Part shown: positions 23,714 through 36,900 of the stretch, one piece after another | Numbering within the stretch: the stretch's first letter is position 1 | Layout of the letters: each line of letters opens with the position of its first letter | From: Saccostrea cucullata | Taxonomy: Eukaryota | Direction of reading: 5' to 3' | Assembly (NCBI RefSeq): GCF_032062105.1 | Contig: NW_026930542.1 | Location: forward strand, 248,001 to 312,000 | Length of the DNA: 64,000 nt | Notes under the pieces: generated by a model | Seen by the model: the letters and a program-made list of their open reading frames with translations, nothing else | Databases searched by the model: none | What the model was told of the DNA's origin: nothing | Program-made: the position numbers and the translations under genes

Positions 23714-26700
23714 CTAAAATACGTAAACATTAACATAAAAACATATATCCTTAACATGAATCAAATTATTAGATAATCCACATCAAAAAGTTTGACAAGG
23801 ATATCTTTCAACCAAAATTAATTTTTTTAAACCAACAACTTACTTTTCCTACGATATTACATAAAACTTGCAGAAATGTAGAAATAGACATGGAAATAAC
23901 TACAACTCATAGATTAAGGTTAGATACTGGGTATGTTTTTTTTTATATTGCCCCAAATTTCAAAATAAAAAAAGAATCTGTCGAAAGTATTAAATATGTA
24001 TGAACATGGAGAACTAAAAACAATCTGTGGTCATAAATTTGTGGGCTCTCCACAAACAGAATGAAAATGCTGTATTGAGATGGAGTACTGATTGAGCCCT
24101 GATTGAGACTGAGGCCTGATTAAGATTGAGACTGAGCCTTGATTGAGACTGAGCTCTGATTTAGACTGAGCCCTGATTAAGATGGAGTACTGATTGAGAC
24201 TGAGCCTTGATTGAGACTGAGCTCTGATTTAGAGTGAGCCCTGATTGAGACTGAGGCCTGATTAAGATGGAGTACTGATTGAGACTGAGCCCTGATTGAG
24301 AATTAGCTCTGATTTAGAGTGAGCTCAGACTGAGACTGAGCCTTGACTAAGACTGACCTCTGATTGAGACTGAGTCCTGATTGAGACTAAGCTCTGATTT
24401 AGAGTGAGCTCGGATTGAGACTGAGCCTTGACAAAGCTCAGCCCTGATTGAGACTGAGCTCTGAGAGAGACCAAGTTGGATTGAGATCAAGCCCTAACTG
24501 AGACTGAGCCCTGATAGAGACTCAGCCTTGATAGAGAGTGAGCCTTGATAGAGACAGAGCCCTGATAGAGACTGATCCCTGATTGAGACAGAGCCTTGAT
24601 AGAGACTGAGCCTTGATTGAGACTGAGCCCTTGCCTGGGGGCCATAAAACTAAGACGAGCTCACTTTTGATCTCAGTCTCACTTTTCTACTATAAGTTCC
24701 TTTGGAAAAAGTGAGACTGAGATTAAAAGTGAGTTTTACGGCCCTCAGGCCTGATCTAAAGTGAGCTCTGATTGAGACTGAGCCTATAATGAGAAAGACT
24801 GATCCCTGATAGAGACTGAGCCTTGATTGAGACTGAGCCTTGATTTAGAGTGATCTCTGATTGAGACTGATCGCTGATTGAGACTGAGCCTTGATAGAGA
24901 CTGAGCCCTGATTGAGATTGAGCCTTGATTGAGACTGATCCCTGATTTAGAGTGATCTCTGATTGAGACTGATCGCTGATTGAGACTGAGCCTTGACTAA
25001 GACTGAGCCCTGATTGCGACCGAGCCCTGAGAGAGACCTAGCTGGATTGACACCGAGTCCTGATTGAGACTGAGCCCTGATTGAGACTGAGCCCTGATTG
25101 AGACTGAGCTCTGATTGAGACTGAGCCCTGATTGAGACTGAGCCCTGATTGAGACTGAGCCCTGATTGAGACTGAGCCCTGATTGAGACTGACCTGAGAG
25201 CCTCTCTATCACATCTGTCCTCGGGGGTGTCTGTCGACAGGGACTTCAGGAAGTTATACTTGGGTTCTTCCTTCTCCTCCCACAAGTCTCTCTCCCTGCT
25301 TGTCGTCTTTTGAATCTTCTGTCTTGGTTTTCTTATGATGGGCTTAATGTCTGCAAGTACAGTGTATAATACTATGACATCGTTGCATATTAACTTACCA
25401 TTACAAAACAATAGACACTTCTTACCTATATTTACATTCTTACTACTTTTATCTTACCCTGTATGACATTTATACAAACTTAAGCATGCACACTTAAAAG
25501 AAACAATAATTAATAACTTTGTTTACCACCCTCCCACACTTTGACCTCTTTCTATTTTTCTGATATATTAGCCATATCATAAGTCAGGAAATGAAAAAAA
25601 TGGACACAATATGCAGAGTTTAGTGATTAGAAAGGTATGATTTAGGAATTTACAAGTAATGGTTATTAATGACAACCAGAAATTTCTGACAACTCCGTAG
25701 CTCGACTGGTGTGCACTTAAAATACAGACACTGTTTTAGTACAGGCTATTTGTGTACAAAGTCTACTTGAAATCTGACCAAAATTGTAGGAGGAGAAGCA
25801 TTTCAAAAGAATTTCAAAGAAACTCTGTCTTAAAAAAAAACAAGAGGCCCAAGGGCCTTGAATCACTCTTCTGATAAATTGTACAATCTATCACTTCTAT
25901 TCGAAGCCTCCAACTCTATTAGTATCATAAGACCCTAAATGCATCAACTGACAAAGTTTGATAATATTTAGCCAGTTAAGACTGAAGATATTATAATATA
26001 ATTATAAAATACCATAAGTAGGTCACAGTGACCTACCTTTTGATTGAAATTTTCTGAGGACTCAAGATACATTAATTGACAAAGACTGATGACTCTAAGT
26101 AAATAAGTACCTGAGATATTCAAAAGTAGGTCACCGTGAACTACTTCTTGGTTGACATTCTATGAAACCCTAAGATGCCTCAACTGACAAGTTTGATGAT
26201 TCTGAGCCAATAAGTACCAGATATAATTAAATATAGCCATAAAATGTCAAAAGTAGGTCACAGTGACCTTCTTTTTGGTTGACGTTCTCCAAAAACCCAA
26301 GGTGCCTAAACTGACAAAATATGATGATTCTAAGCTAATAAGTACCTGAGATATTCAAAAGTAGGTCACCGTGACCTACTTTTTGGTCGACAATCTCCAA
26401 AAACCCAAGACTCTCTGAAAACTGAAGATGCATCGACTCACAAAGTTTGATGATTCTAAGCCAATAAATACCTAAGATACTTAAATATAGCCATAAAATG
26501 CCGAAAGTAGGTCATCGTGACCTACATTTTGGTCGACATTTTTAAAGACCCAAGATGCATCTACTGACCAAGTTTGATGATCGTAGGTCTGAAGGTAATC
26601 AAAATATGCGTTTTAAACAATTTGAAAACAAATGTCAGCAAAATTCAAAAAGTAGGTCACAGTGACCTACTTTTTCATAAATATGTTTTAAGGTCCCAAG

Positions 26701-29700
26701 ATGCATCAACTTACAAGATTTGATGATTCTAAACCTCCCAGTGTCTGAAATAATGGGATTAAATTTTTTTAAAAGGATAAGTCATAGAGTTCAAAAAGTA
26801 GGTCAAGGTGACCTTCTTTTAAGTTGACATTGTTTAAGGACCCAAGATGCATCAACTGACAAAGTTTGATGATCATAGGCCTTAAAGTGTCCAAAATATG
26901 CCTTCAAATCAATTTGAAAACAAATGCCCGTAAAATTTTAAAAGTAGGTAACCGTGACCTACTTTTGAGTTAACATGATGTGAAGTCCTAAGATGCATCA
27001 ACTTACAAGATTTGATGATCCTAGTCCTTATAGTAAGTAAGATATACACATTTTTATTAATTGTAAATTTAGGTCAACTTTGAAGTGACCTTGAAACCAC
27101 ATCCTTTGCCCCAGGGTAATTCCCCGAGCAAATTTTAATCTTCGACATATCCTGATCCTTGTATGTAAGTTTGGTGAAAATCTGCCAGTGGTTCTGGAGA
27201 AGAAGATTTTTTAGCAACCAGTACTTTTGGTTTTGTTTTCCTGATTATCTCCCCTTGTTTAAGGGTCCTAACCCTTATTTTAGTATAAATGGTAGCCCTT
27301 GGGCCAATGATACCCTGTGACGAATTTGGCACTGATTGGCCAAGGGGTTCTTGAGTTATGGCCCATATTCTAAAAAGTTTACGCACACCGCACACTGCAC
27401 AAATGGCCATAGCATTAGCTCTTTGAGCCTTTGGCTCAGAAGAGCTAATTATAATTCCATTCTAAAACAATACAACAGAAAAAAGAATTTAAAAAAATAT
27501 TATCACCCACCAGATTTAAAGATGTCATCTTCACTGTTATCCAACAAAACTGGTTCCACCTTCCTACAAGATTTAAAGAAATCTTTATTTTTTAGTTTAC
27601 ATAATCCTGCAGTTAATTTTTGGAAATTATATGAAACTATGTATGCAAATCCCATTGATGATCAATACACTACAAAAACTGAATTTGCTTGAAAGAACTA
27701 TATGCGGTATTAACCAACATTTGCCCCCCCAAAATCAAACTTTGATGGAGTAATATTTAATTAAGTCCTTAAACAGGGGAGTATATGCTGACTTCAAAGC
27801 ACTGAATGATTTCATAAGCAATGACGTCATATGTACGTAATGACGTCACAAATATGACGTAAATTTCAGTTTTTTATGAATTTTGCAGAAAAATGTACAT
27901 ATTTCGTCGATATTTTAAATAAAAGTCACCGAGCGCATGTGTGTTCAGGATAAATATTTTGATATAATGTGTAGAATGATAATATCAATGAAATATGTCA
28001 ATATTGTTCCTGAACACACATGCGCTCTATAAATTTTAAAGCTTAAATTGTTGAAATTTTGTCCATTTTGTCCTCTTTCTGGAAAAGGATATAAAATCGG
28101 ACTAGTTTGTGACGTCATAAAAACAGAAATTGTGAATACACTGCTCTGGAACTATAATATTTTCTGTTAACTTATATTTCTCGTACAATTTATTGAATTC
28201 AGCACATTTCAGGAAGTTTTCAAAATTTGACTTTTGTGGGGGCAAACATATGCAATATACCGCATATAGTTCTTTGAAAAGAAATTCAAGGAAGACTTGT
28301 TTGCTTCTAATATTAGAACAGATCTGAATATGTGACTGAATCTTAAACTAATTCCTGTGTGGGTTCATTGGGTTGGTATCTGATGATATCTACCTATCCA
28401 TAGGTGTGTCCTATGTAGAGTGGAGTCTCAAATCAACTTGTGTGTCCTGTGTAGAGTGTCTAGATATCTCTCTGTGTATTGTAGTGTCTAGATACAGTAA
28501 AACTCAATATAACGATGTCACTGGACCTTTGAAATTAATTCATTATATCTGTAATTCGTCATACCCATATAAGGAATTCATTAAATTTATGTAGCTGGGG
28601 ATCCAAAATAACTTCGCTAGATCCATGAATTCGCAATATCTGTGTTCCTACTAAACAAGTTTTGCTGTATCTACCTGTGTAGAGTAGTGTCTAGATATCT
28701 ACCTGTGTAGAGTAGTGTCTAGATATCTACCTGTGTAGAGTGGTGTCTAGATATCTACCTGTGTAGAGTGGTGTCTAGATATCTACCTGTGTAGAGTGGT
28801 GTCTAGATATCTACCTGTGTAGAGTGGTGTCTAGATATCTACCTGTGTAGAGTGGTGTCTAGATATCTACCTGTGTAGAGTGGTGTCTAGATATCTACCT
28901 GTGTAGAGTGGTGTCTAGATATCTACCTGTGTAGAGTGGTGTCTAGATATCTACCTGTGTAGAGTGGTGTCTAGATATCTACCTGTGTAGAGTGGTGTCT
29001 AGATATCTACCTGTGTAGAGTGGTGTCTAGATATCTACCTGTGTAAAGTGGTGCCTAGATATCTACCTGTGTAGAGTGGTGTCTAGATATCTACCTGTGT
29101 AGAGTGGTGTCTAGATATCTACCTGTGTAGAGTGGTGTCTAGATATCTACCTGTGTAGAATAGTGTCTAGATATCTACTTGTGTAGAGTGGTGTCTAGAT
29201 ATCTACCTGTGTAGAGTGGTGTCTAGATATCTACCTGTGTAGAGTAGTGTCTAGATATCTACCTGTGTAGAGTGGTGTCTAGATATCTACCTGTGTAGAG
29301 TGGTGTCTAGATATCTCAGGGCTCTCGATTCTCTAAAATTGGGGCCGTTCAACGGCCCCGTTCCCAATGCAAAAAAGGTACCCTTTTCCCAAAAGAAAGT
29401 TGTAAATTTCCCAATTTCCAACGCAAAATATTAATTTAAAAATAAAAGTCCATGAAACTTAATCGCAAAAAAAAAAACTCAAACAAAACACACTTGCAAA
29501 TGAAAGTGAAACTGAACGACTATTTTCACCCCTACTAATGTGTTCGGAACCTTTTATTTTTCGGTGTTCTGCACATTATAAAACCCGGTGAGTTCAGAGT
29601 AGCTCTGACAGTGGCTCTGGCGAGAGCTAGCGAGACTTCAGTGAGATAGGGTAAATTATTCACGGAAATGTGGCTAGGAAGTGACTAGCACGTGGAGACA

Positions 29701-30858
29701 TGGTAAACAGAAAAGTTATGTTTCGTTTTAGTTTTCATCACCCTATAATATAATTCTGTAGAAATGTACTTCAATCGATCTTTCTTGAATCCATTCAAGT
29801 TTAAATTATTTTTAAGTATTCTCTAAGATACAATTTTCTGCTGTCATGAATTAAAATTTCTTTTTGGACAAATATTTTGCATGGGAACCGGGACTATATT
29901 TTCTAGCGTCAGATAAGCAAATGAGGCACCAATGTGACTTTAACTGACAAATCAGATGAAAGAGAATTGCATTATGGGTTACTATACGAATACTACAGGA
30001 ATTTTACGCTTGATAAATTCCTTTATTGTACTGTCGGTGAATACAATTGCCAGGTGGATTCCCTTGCCAACACACGTGATCACGAGTATAGTAGTGTAAA
30101 AAATGTTTTTGTCCATTTAAATTCATACGAGAAGCTGTTCGTTTTCCTTACCCTTGAAGTGCTGGTGTTCTGAACTTGACACGAACTACGTATACATTTT
30201 ATTAAACATATTTTTCTCTAGTTAACAACAAATTAAAAACGCCCGTAATGTTTTTCATAGTTTGTAATGTTTGCATTTTGTTCATAAGAACATTTTTTTT
30301 ATTTTGCACTCCATTGACATGATCATAGATTGACCTAGGCCTGAATCAAGTGTTCGAAGTAACATGTAAGCATGTATTTGGCGTAAACGTATTCAATCAA
30401 CAATTAATTGGTCAGTTGCTCGTGGTAAGATCCTCTGTGCGCATTAATAGCAATAGCCATATAAGGCAAACAAAGGTTTGTCAGTGTATATGATATTACA
30501 CATTTTTTTACCAGCTTATCGGTCGCTAGGACATGTTTTCAGAAGAAACAGACTATAGCAATTTCCTGTTTACTGCTAATTTTATTTATAAAACCGGATC
30601 TACCCTATAACCTTTGAATAGGTAAACCTAAACCATGTGTCTTGAATTTAAATCACAATAACATTAGAAGGGGTGATTTTATTAGTTCGTGCCAAATGCA
30701 TTCGTAAACTGGTTAGGGGAACCAGGTTATTGTTTTTACAAAAATGTACCAACTTGAGTGCAGAGTATCTTGTCATGTATTTTCGACAAAAAACATCATT
30801 AGCTCTACTGGTCAGAGACCAGAAAAATTATGCGATAGTAATGCGTCCGTCGTCCGTC

Positions 30859-30905
<47 letters not shown>

Positions 30906-33900
30906 AATTTTTCAAAATGCTACTCCTCCTACAGTTTTGGTCTGATTTCAATATAACTTGGCACACAAGTAGACTACAATAAGATACATAATTCTGTGTA
31001 TCGGTTTTTGATTTCGATGAACGGTGTTGCCTTGGTTACTAAAAATAGAAATTTCTGTGAAATTCTTTCAAAATGCTACCCCTACTACAGTTTTAGTCTG
31101 ATTTCAGTATAACTTGGCACACAAGTAGACTACACTAAGATACACAATTCTGTATATCGGTTTTTGATTTCGATGAACGGTGTTGCCGTGGTTACTAAAA
31201 ATAGAAATTTCTGTGAAATTCTTTCAAAATGCTACTCCTTCTACAGTTTTAGTCTGATTTCAATATAACTTGGCACACAAGTAGACTACAATAAGATACA
31301 TAATTCTGTATATCAGTTTTTGATTTCGATGAAAGGTGTTGCCGTGGTTACTAAAAATAGAAATTTCTGTGAAATTCTTTCAAAATGCTACTCCTACTAC
31401 AGTTTTAGTCTGATTTCAATACAACTTGGCACACAAGTAGACTACACTAAGATACATAATTCTGTATATCATTTTTTGATTTCGATGAATGGTGTTGCCG
31501 TGGTTACTAAAAATAGAAATTTCTGTGAAATTCTTTCAAAATGCTACTCCTACTACAGTTTTAGTCTGATTTCAATATAACTTGGCACACAAGTAGACTT
31601 CACTAAGATACATAATTCCGTATATCATTTTTTGATTTCGATGAAAGGTGTTGCCGTGGTTACTAAAAATAGAAATTTCTGTGAAATTCTTTCAAAATGC
31701 TACTCCTACTACAGTTTTAGTCTGATTTCAATATAACTTGGCACACAAGTAGACTACACTAAGATACATAATTCCGTATATCATTTTTTGATTTCGATGA
31801 ATGGTGTTGCCGTGGTTACTAAAAATAGAAATTTCTGTGAAATTCTTTCAAAATGCTACTCCTTCTACAGTTTTAGTCTGATTTCAATATAACTTAGCAC
31901 ACAAGTAGACTACAATAAGATACCCAATTCTGTATATCAGTTTTAGAAATTCTTTCAAAATGCTACTCCAAATACAATTTTAGTCTGATTATAATATAAA
32001 TGTGGCATGCAAGTAGACTGCACTAAGAACATAAAGAGACTTAATCAAGGATCATTATTCTATTTATTGCTGTTGAAAAGTTTCAATTTCCAACTGCTTA
32101 AGTACTTTTCTCTTCCTTTGCTATAAGTACAAACCAGTAGAGCTTCAGTCTCGACAGAGACTTCTGGTTTTGGTTTCAAAAATAGATATTTCATTTAAAC
32201 ATTAGTAAGCTGCACCTAGAAACATACCCACGCTTCGGCATGTTCAGTCTAGCGCTGTATTGGTAAGCAAAGTTGTCCATGTAATCGAGGAAATAGCGAC
32301 TGTCACTCAGAAAGACATATAACCGCAATATCAACACTCAAAAGATAGTAATAGCAAAGCTTATGTACTTTAATAAATAGCCTACGTAGCCATGTTTGTT
32401 CTGTTTAACTGTTTATTCAAAACTAGAGTTAAATTGATGACAAAATACTGGAAAAGCAAACTTTGAGGATTTTTTTTTAATGAATGTTGGTTTTCCAACT
32501 TTTCCCAAAATGACGATAATTTTCCCAATTTGAACGGCCCCGGCCCCAGTCCCAAAAAGTGGTGCAAGAGCCCTGTATCTACCTGTGTAGAGTGGTGTCT
32601 AGATATCTACCTGTGTAGAGTGGTGTCTAGATATCTACCTGTGTAGAGTAGTGTCTAGATATCTACCTGTGTAGAGTGGTGTCTAGATATCTACCTGTGT
32701 AGAGTGGTGTTTAGATATCTACCTGTGTAGAGTGGTGTTTAGATATCTACCTGTGTAGAGTGGTGTTTAGATATCTACCTGTGTAGAGTGGTGTTTAGAT
32801 ATCTACCTGTGTAGAGTGATGTTTAGATATCTACCTGTGTAGAGTGGTGTTTAGATATCTACCTGTGTAGAGTGGTGTCTAGATATCTACCTGTGTAGAG
32901 TGGTGTTTAGATATCTACCTGTGTAGAGTGGTGTATAAATATCTACCTGTGTAGAGTGGTGTTTAGATATCTACCTGTGTAGAGTAGTGTCTAGATATCT
33001 ACCTTTGTAGAGTGGTGTCTAGATATCTACCTGTGTAGAGTGGTGTCTAGATATCTACCTGTGTAGAGTGGTGTCTAGATATCTACCTGTGTTTTCTGCA
33101 GTGATGTCTAAGTATCTTCCTGTGTACATAGGTGTCTGAATATCTATCTGTGTACCCTGTGTTTAGTAGTGTCTAGATATCTACCTGTGTGCCAGGTTTC
33201 TTCCAGGTATGGAGTAGTGTCTAGATATCTACCTATGTGCCAGGTATGGAGTAGTGTCTAAATATCTACCTGTGTACCATGTATAAAGTAGTGTCTAGAT
33301 ATCTACCTGTGTGCCAGGTTTCAACCAGGTATGGAATGATGTCTAGATATCTATCTTTGTGCCAGGAGTTATGTCTAGATATCTATCTGTGTGCCAGGTA
33401 TGGAGAAGTGTCTAGATATCTACCTGTGTGCCAGGTATGGAGTAGTTTCTAGATATATACCAGTGTGCCAGGTATGGAGTAGTGTCTAACTAGAACTGTC
33501 CAAACGGGACAAAATACCCCCCGCTGGGTTTTTTCAGAAGCAAGTTTTTCCATAATAAAGATATGTATCACACATGAATTATGAAATTTTTCTTCCAGTG
33601 ACCTTGAAATTCCCTAAATGACCTTGGGTCAAGGTCATGACATACCCTTGGGTCATGGGCAATCTTTGTGTGAAATGAGAACCTACCAAGTTTATCCATA
33701 AAAAAGAAATGGACCGGAAAGAATTATGAACTTTTTCTTCCAGTGACCTTGAACTACCCCAAATGACCTTGGGTCAAGGTCATGACACACCCTTGGGTCA
33801 TGGGCAATCTTTGCGTGAAATGAGAACCTACCAAGATTATCCATAAGAAAGATGTGGACTGGACACAAATTATGAACTTCTTCTTCCATTGACCTTGAAC

Positions 33901-36900
33901 TTCCCCATTTGACCTTGGGTCAAGGTCATGACACACCCATGGGTCATGGGCAATCTTTGTGTGAAATGAGAACCTACCAAGTTTATCCATAAGAAAGATA
34001 TGGACCGGAAACGAATTATGAACTTTTTCTTCCAGTGACCTTGAACTTCACCGAATGACCTTGGGTCAAGGTCATGACACACCCTTGGGTCATGGGCAAT
34101 CTTTGAGTGAAATGAGAACCTACCAAGTTTATCCATAAAAAAGATATGGACCGGACACGAATTATGAACTTTTTCTTCCAGTGACCTTGAACTTCCCCAT
34201 TTGACCTTGGGTCAAGATCATGACACACCCTTGGGTCATGGGCAATCTTTGTGTGAAATGAGAACCTACCAATTTAATCCATAAGAAAGATATGGACCGG
34301 AAACGAATTATGAACTTTTTCTTCCAGTGACCTTGAACTTCCCCAAATGACCTTGGGTCAAGGTCATGACACATCCTTGGGTCATGGGCAATCTTTGTGT
34401 GAAATGAGAACCTACCAAGTTTATCCATAAGAAATCATGGACCGGACACGAATTATGAACTTTTTCTTCCAGTGACCTTGAACTTCCCCAAATGACCTTG
34501 GGTCAAGGTCATGACACACCCTTACGTCATGGGCAATCTTTGTGTGGAGTAGTAGATTCTAATGTCCCTCCATAAGAAAGATATGGACCTGACACGTTTG
34601 CACAGACAGACGGACAAGGTGATTTCTATATACCCCCCAAACTTCGTTTGCGGGGGGTATAAATATCTACCTGTGTACCATGTATAAAGTAGTGTCTAGA
34701 TATCTACCTGTGTGCCAGGTTTCAACCAGGTATGGAATGATGTCTAGATATCTATCTTTGTGCCAGGTATGGAGTGATGTCTAGATATCTAGCTGTGTGC
34801 CAGGTATGGAGTAGTGTCTAGATATCTACCTGTGTGCCAGGTGTGAAGTAGTGTCTAGATATCTAATCTACCTGTGTGCCAGGTATGGAGTAGTGTCTAG
34901 ATATCTATCTGTGTGCCAGGTATGGAGAAGTGTCTAGATATCTACCTGTGTGCCAGGTGTGAAGTAGTGTCTAGATATCTACATGTGTGCCAGGTATGGA
35001 GTGGTTTCTAGATATATACCAGTGTGCCAGGTATGGAGTAGTGTCTAAATATCTACCTGTGTACCATGTATAAAGTAGTGTTTAGATATCTACCTGTGTG
35101 CCAGGTTCCCACTAGGGCTGTGTACTGAGCCAAAAATTTCGATATGATACGATACAATATTTTTTAAAGCGATATGCGATATATTGGATTCTGAAACAAG
35201 TCCATCAGCAAAGGCTTCTAAATCATTTTAATGCATACATTTCATAACAATTAAGTGTTTTATTACCCATTTTAAAGTACTTGTCTCATTGTCTTTAAAA
35301 ATCACACTTCAATTAAAACTTTTGATGACAGTAAAATCAACATGTTCAAAAAATTTTTTCTATGTATTTTGTAATAATATAAAAACTTTTTTATTTCCTT
35401 AGAAATTATATATTTATTGAAGGTTTTAATTCAAAAAAGTAAAATATAATCTTTGGTGATTGAAATTCCCATCTTTTAAACAGAATTTGAAGAAAAAATG
35501 TACTTGTGTCCGCTACGTATTGGAAGTTACTTTTCGATACGATATTTTTCTTGTGTGCCACGTATCGATATATCGATATATTGATACAGCCCTAGTTCCC
35601 ACCAGGTATGGAGTAGTGTCTAGATATCTTTCTGTGTGCCAGGTGTGGAGTAGTGTATAGATATTTTCCTGTGTGCCAGGTATGTAGTGATGTCTAGATA
35701 TCTATCTGTGTGCCAGGTATGGAGAAGTGTCTAGATATCTACCTGTGTACCAGGTATGGAGTAATGTCTATATGTTTACCTGTGTGCCAGGTATGTAGAA
35801 GTGTCTAGATAACTACCTGTGTGCCACGTGTGGAGTATGTCTAGATATATATCTGTGTGACTGGTATGGAGAAGTGTCTAGATATCTAATTGTGTGACAG
35901 GTATGGAGTAGTGTCTATATATCTATCTGAGTGACAGGTATGGTGTAATGGCTATATATCTACCCATGTGACAGGTATGAAGTAGTGTCTAGATATCTAC
36001 CTGCGTGCCAGGTATGGAGTAGTGTCTAGATATCTACCTGTGTGCCAGGTATGGAGTAGTGTTTAGATATCTACCTGTTTGCCAGGTATGGAGCAATGTG
36101 TAGATGTGTACCTGTGTACCAGTTATGGAGTAGTGTCTAGATATCTACCTGTGTGCCAGGTATGGTGTATTGTATAGATATCTACCTGTGTGCCAGGTAT
36201 GGAGTAATGTTTAGATATCTACCTGTGTGCCAGGTATGGAGTAGCATCTAGATATCTACCTGTGTGCCAGGTATGGAGTAGTGTCTAGATATCTACCTGT
36301 GTGCCAGGTTTCTTCCAGGTATGGAGTAGTGTCTAGATATCTACCTGTGTAACAGGTGTGGAGTAGTGTCTAGATATCTAGCTGTGTGCCAGGTATGGAG
36401 TAGTGTCTAGATATCTACCTGTGTGCCAGGTATGGAGTAGTGTCTAGAAATCAACCTGTGTAACAGGTATGGAGTAATGTCTAGATATCTATCTGTGTGC
36501 CAGGTGTGGAGTAATGTTTAGATGTTTACCTGTGTACCAGGTATGGAGAAGTGTTTAGATTACTACCTGTGTGACAGGTATGGAGTATGTCTAGATATCT
36601 ATCTGTGTGACAGGTATGGAGTAATGTCTAGATATCTATCTGTGTGACAGGTGTGGAGTAGTGTCTATATATCTACCTGTGTAACAGGTATGGAGTAGTG
36701 TTTAGATTACTACCTGTGTGCCAGGTGTGGAGTAGTGTCTAGATATCTACCTGTATGCCAGGTATGGAGTAGTGTCTAGATATCTACCTGTGTGCCAGGT
36801 ATGGAGTAGTGTCTAGATATCTACCTGTGTGCCAGGTATGGAGTAGTGTCTAGATATCTACCTGTGTGCCAGGTGTGGAGTAGTGTCTAGATATCTACCT

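Noticed and set aside
24947-25193. SIRAQSQSGLSLNQG repeat peptide extending the GCNA exon
   Set aside because: Read-through into the 17-bp intronic array past the donor at 25193; the spliced frame continues at 23713.
28668-33090. Regular 28-bp repeats resembling a CRISPR array
   Set aside because: Units are contiguous with no unique spacers, there are no cas genes, and the context is a eukaryotic intron.
33692-34428. Five similar ORFs (MDKLGRFSFH..)
   Set aside because: They are frames of the 146-bp HINE internal repeat.
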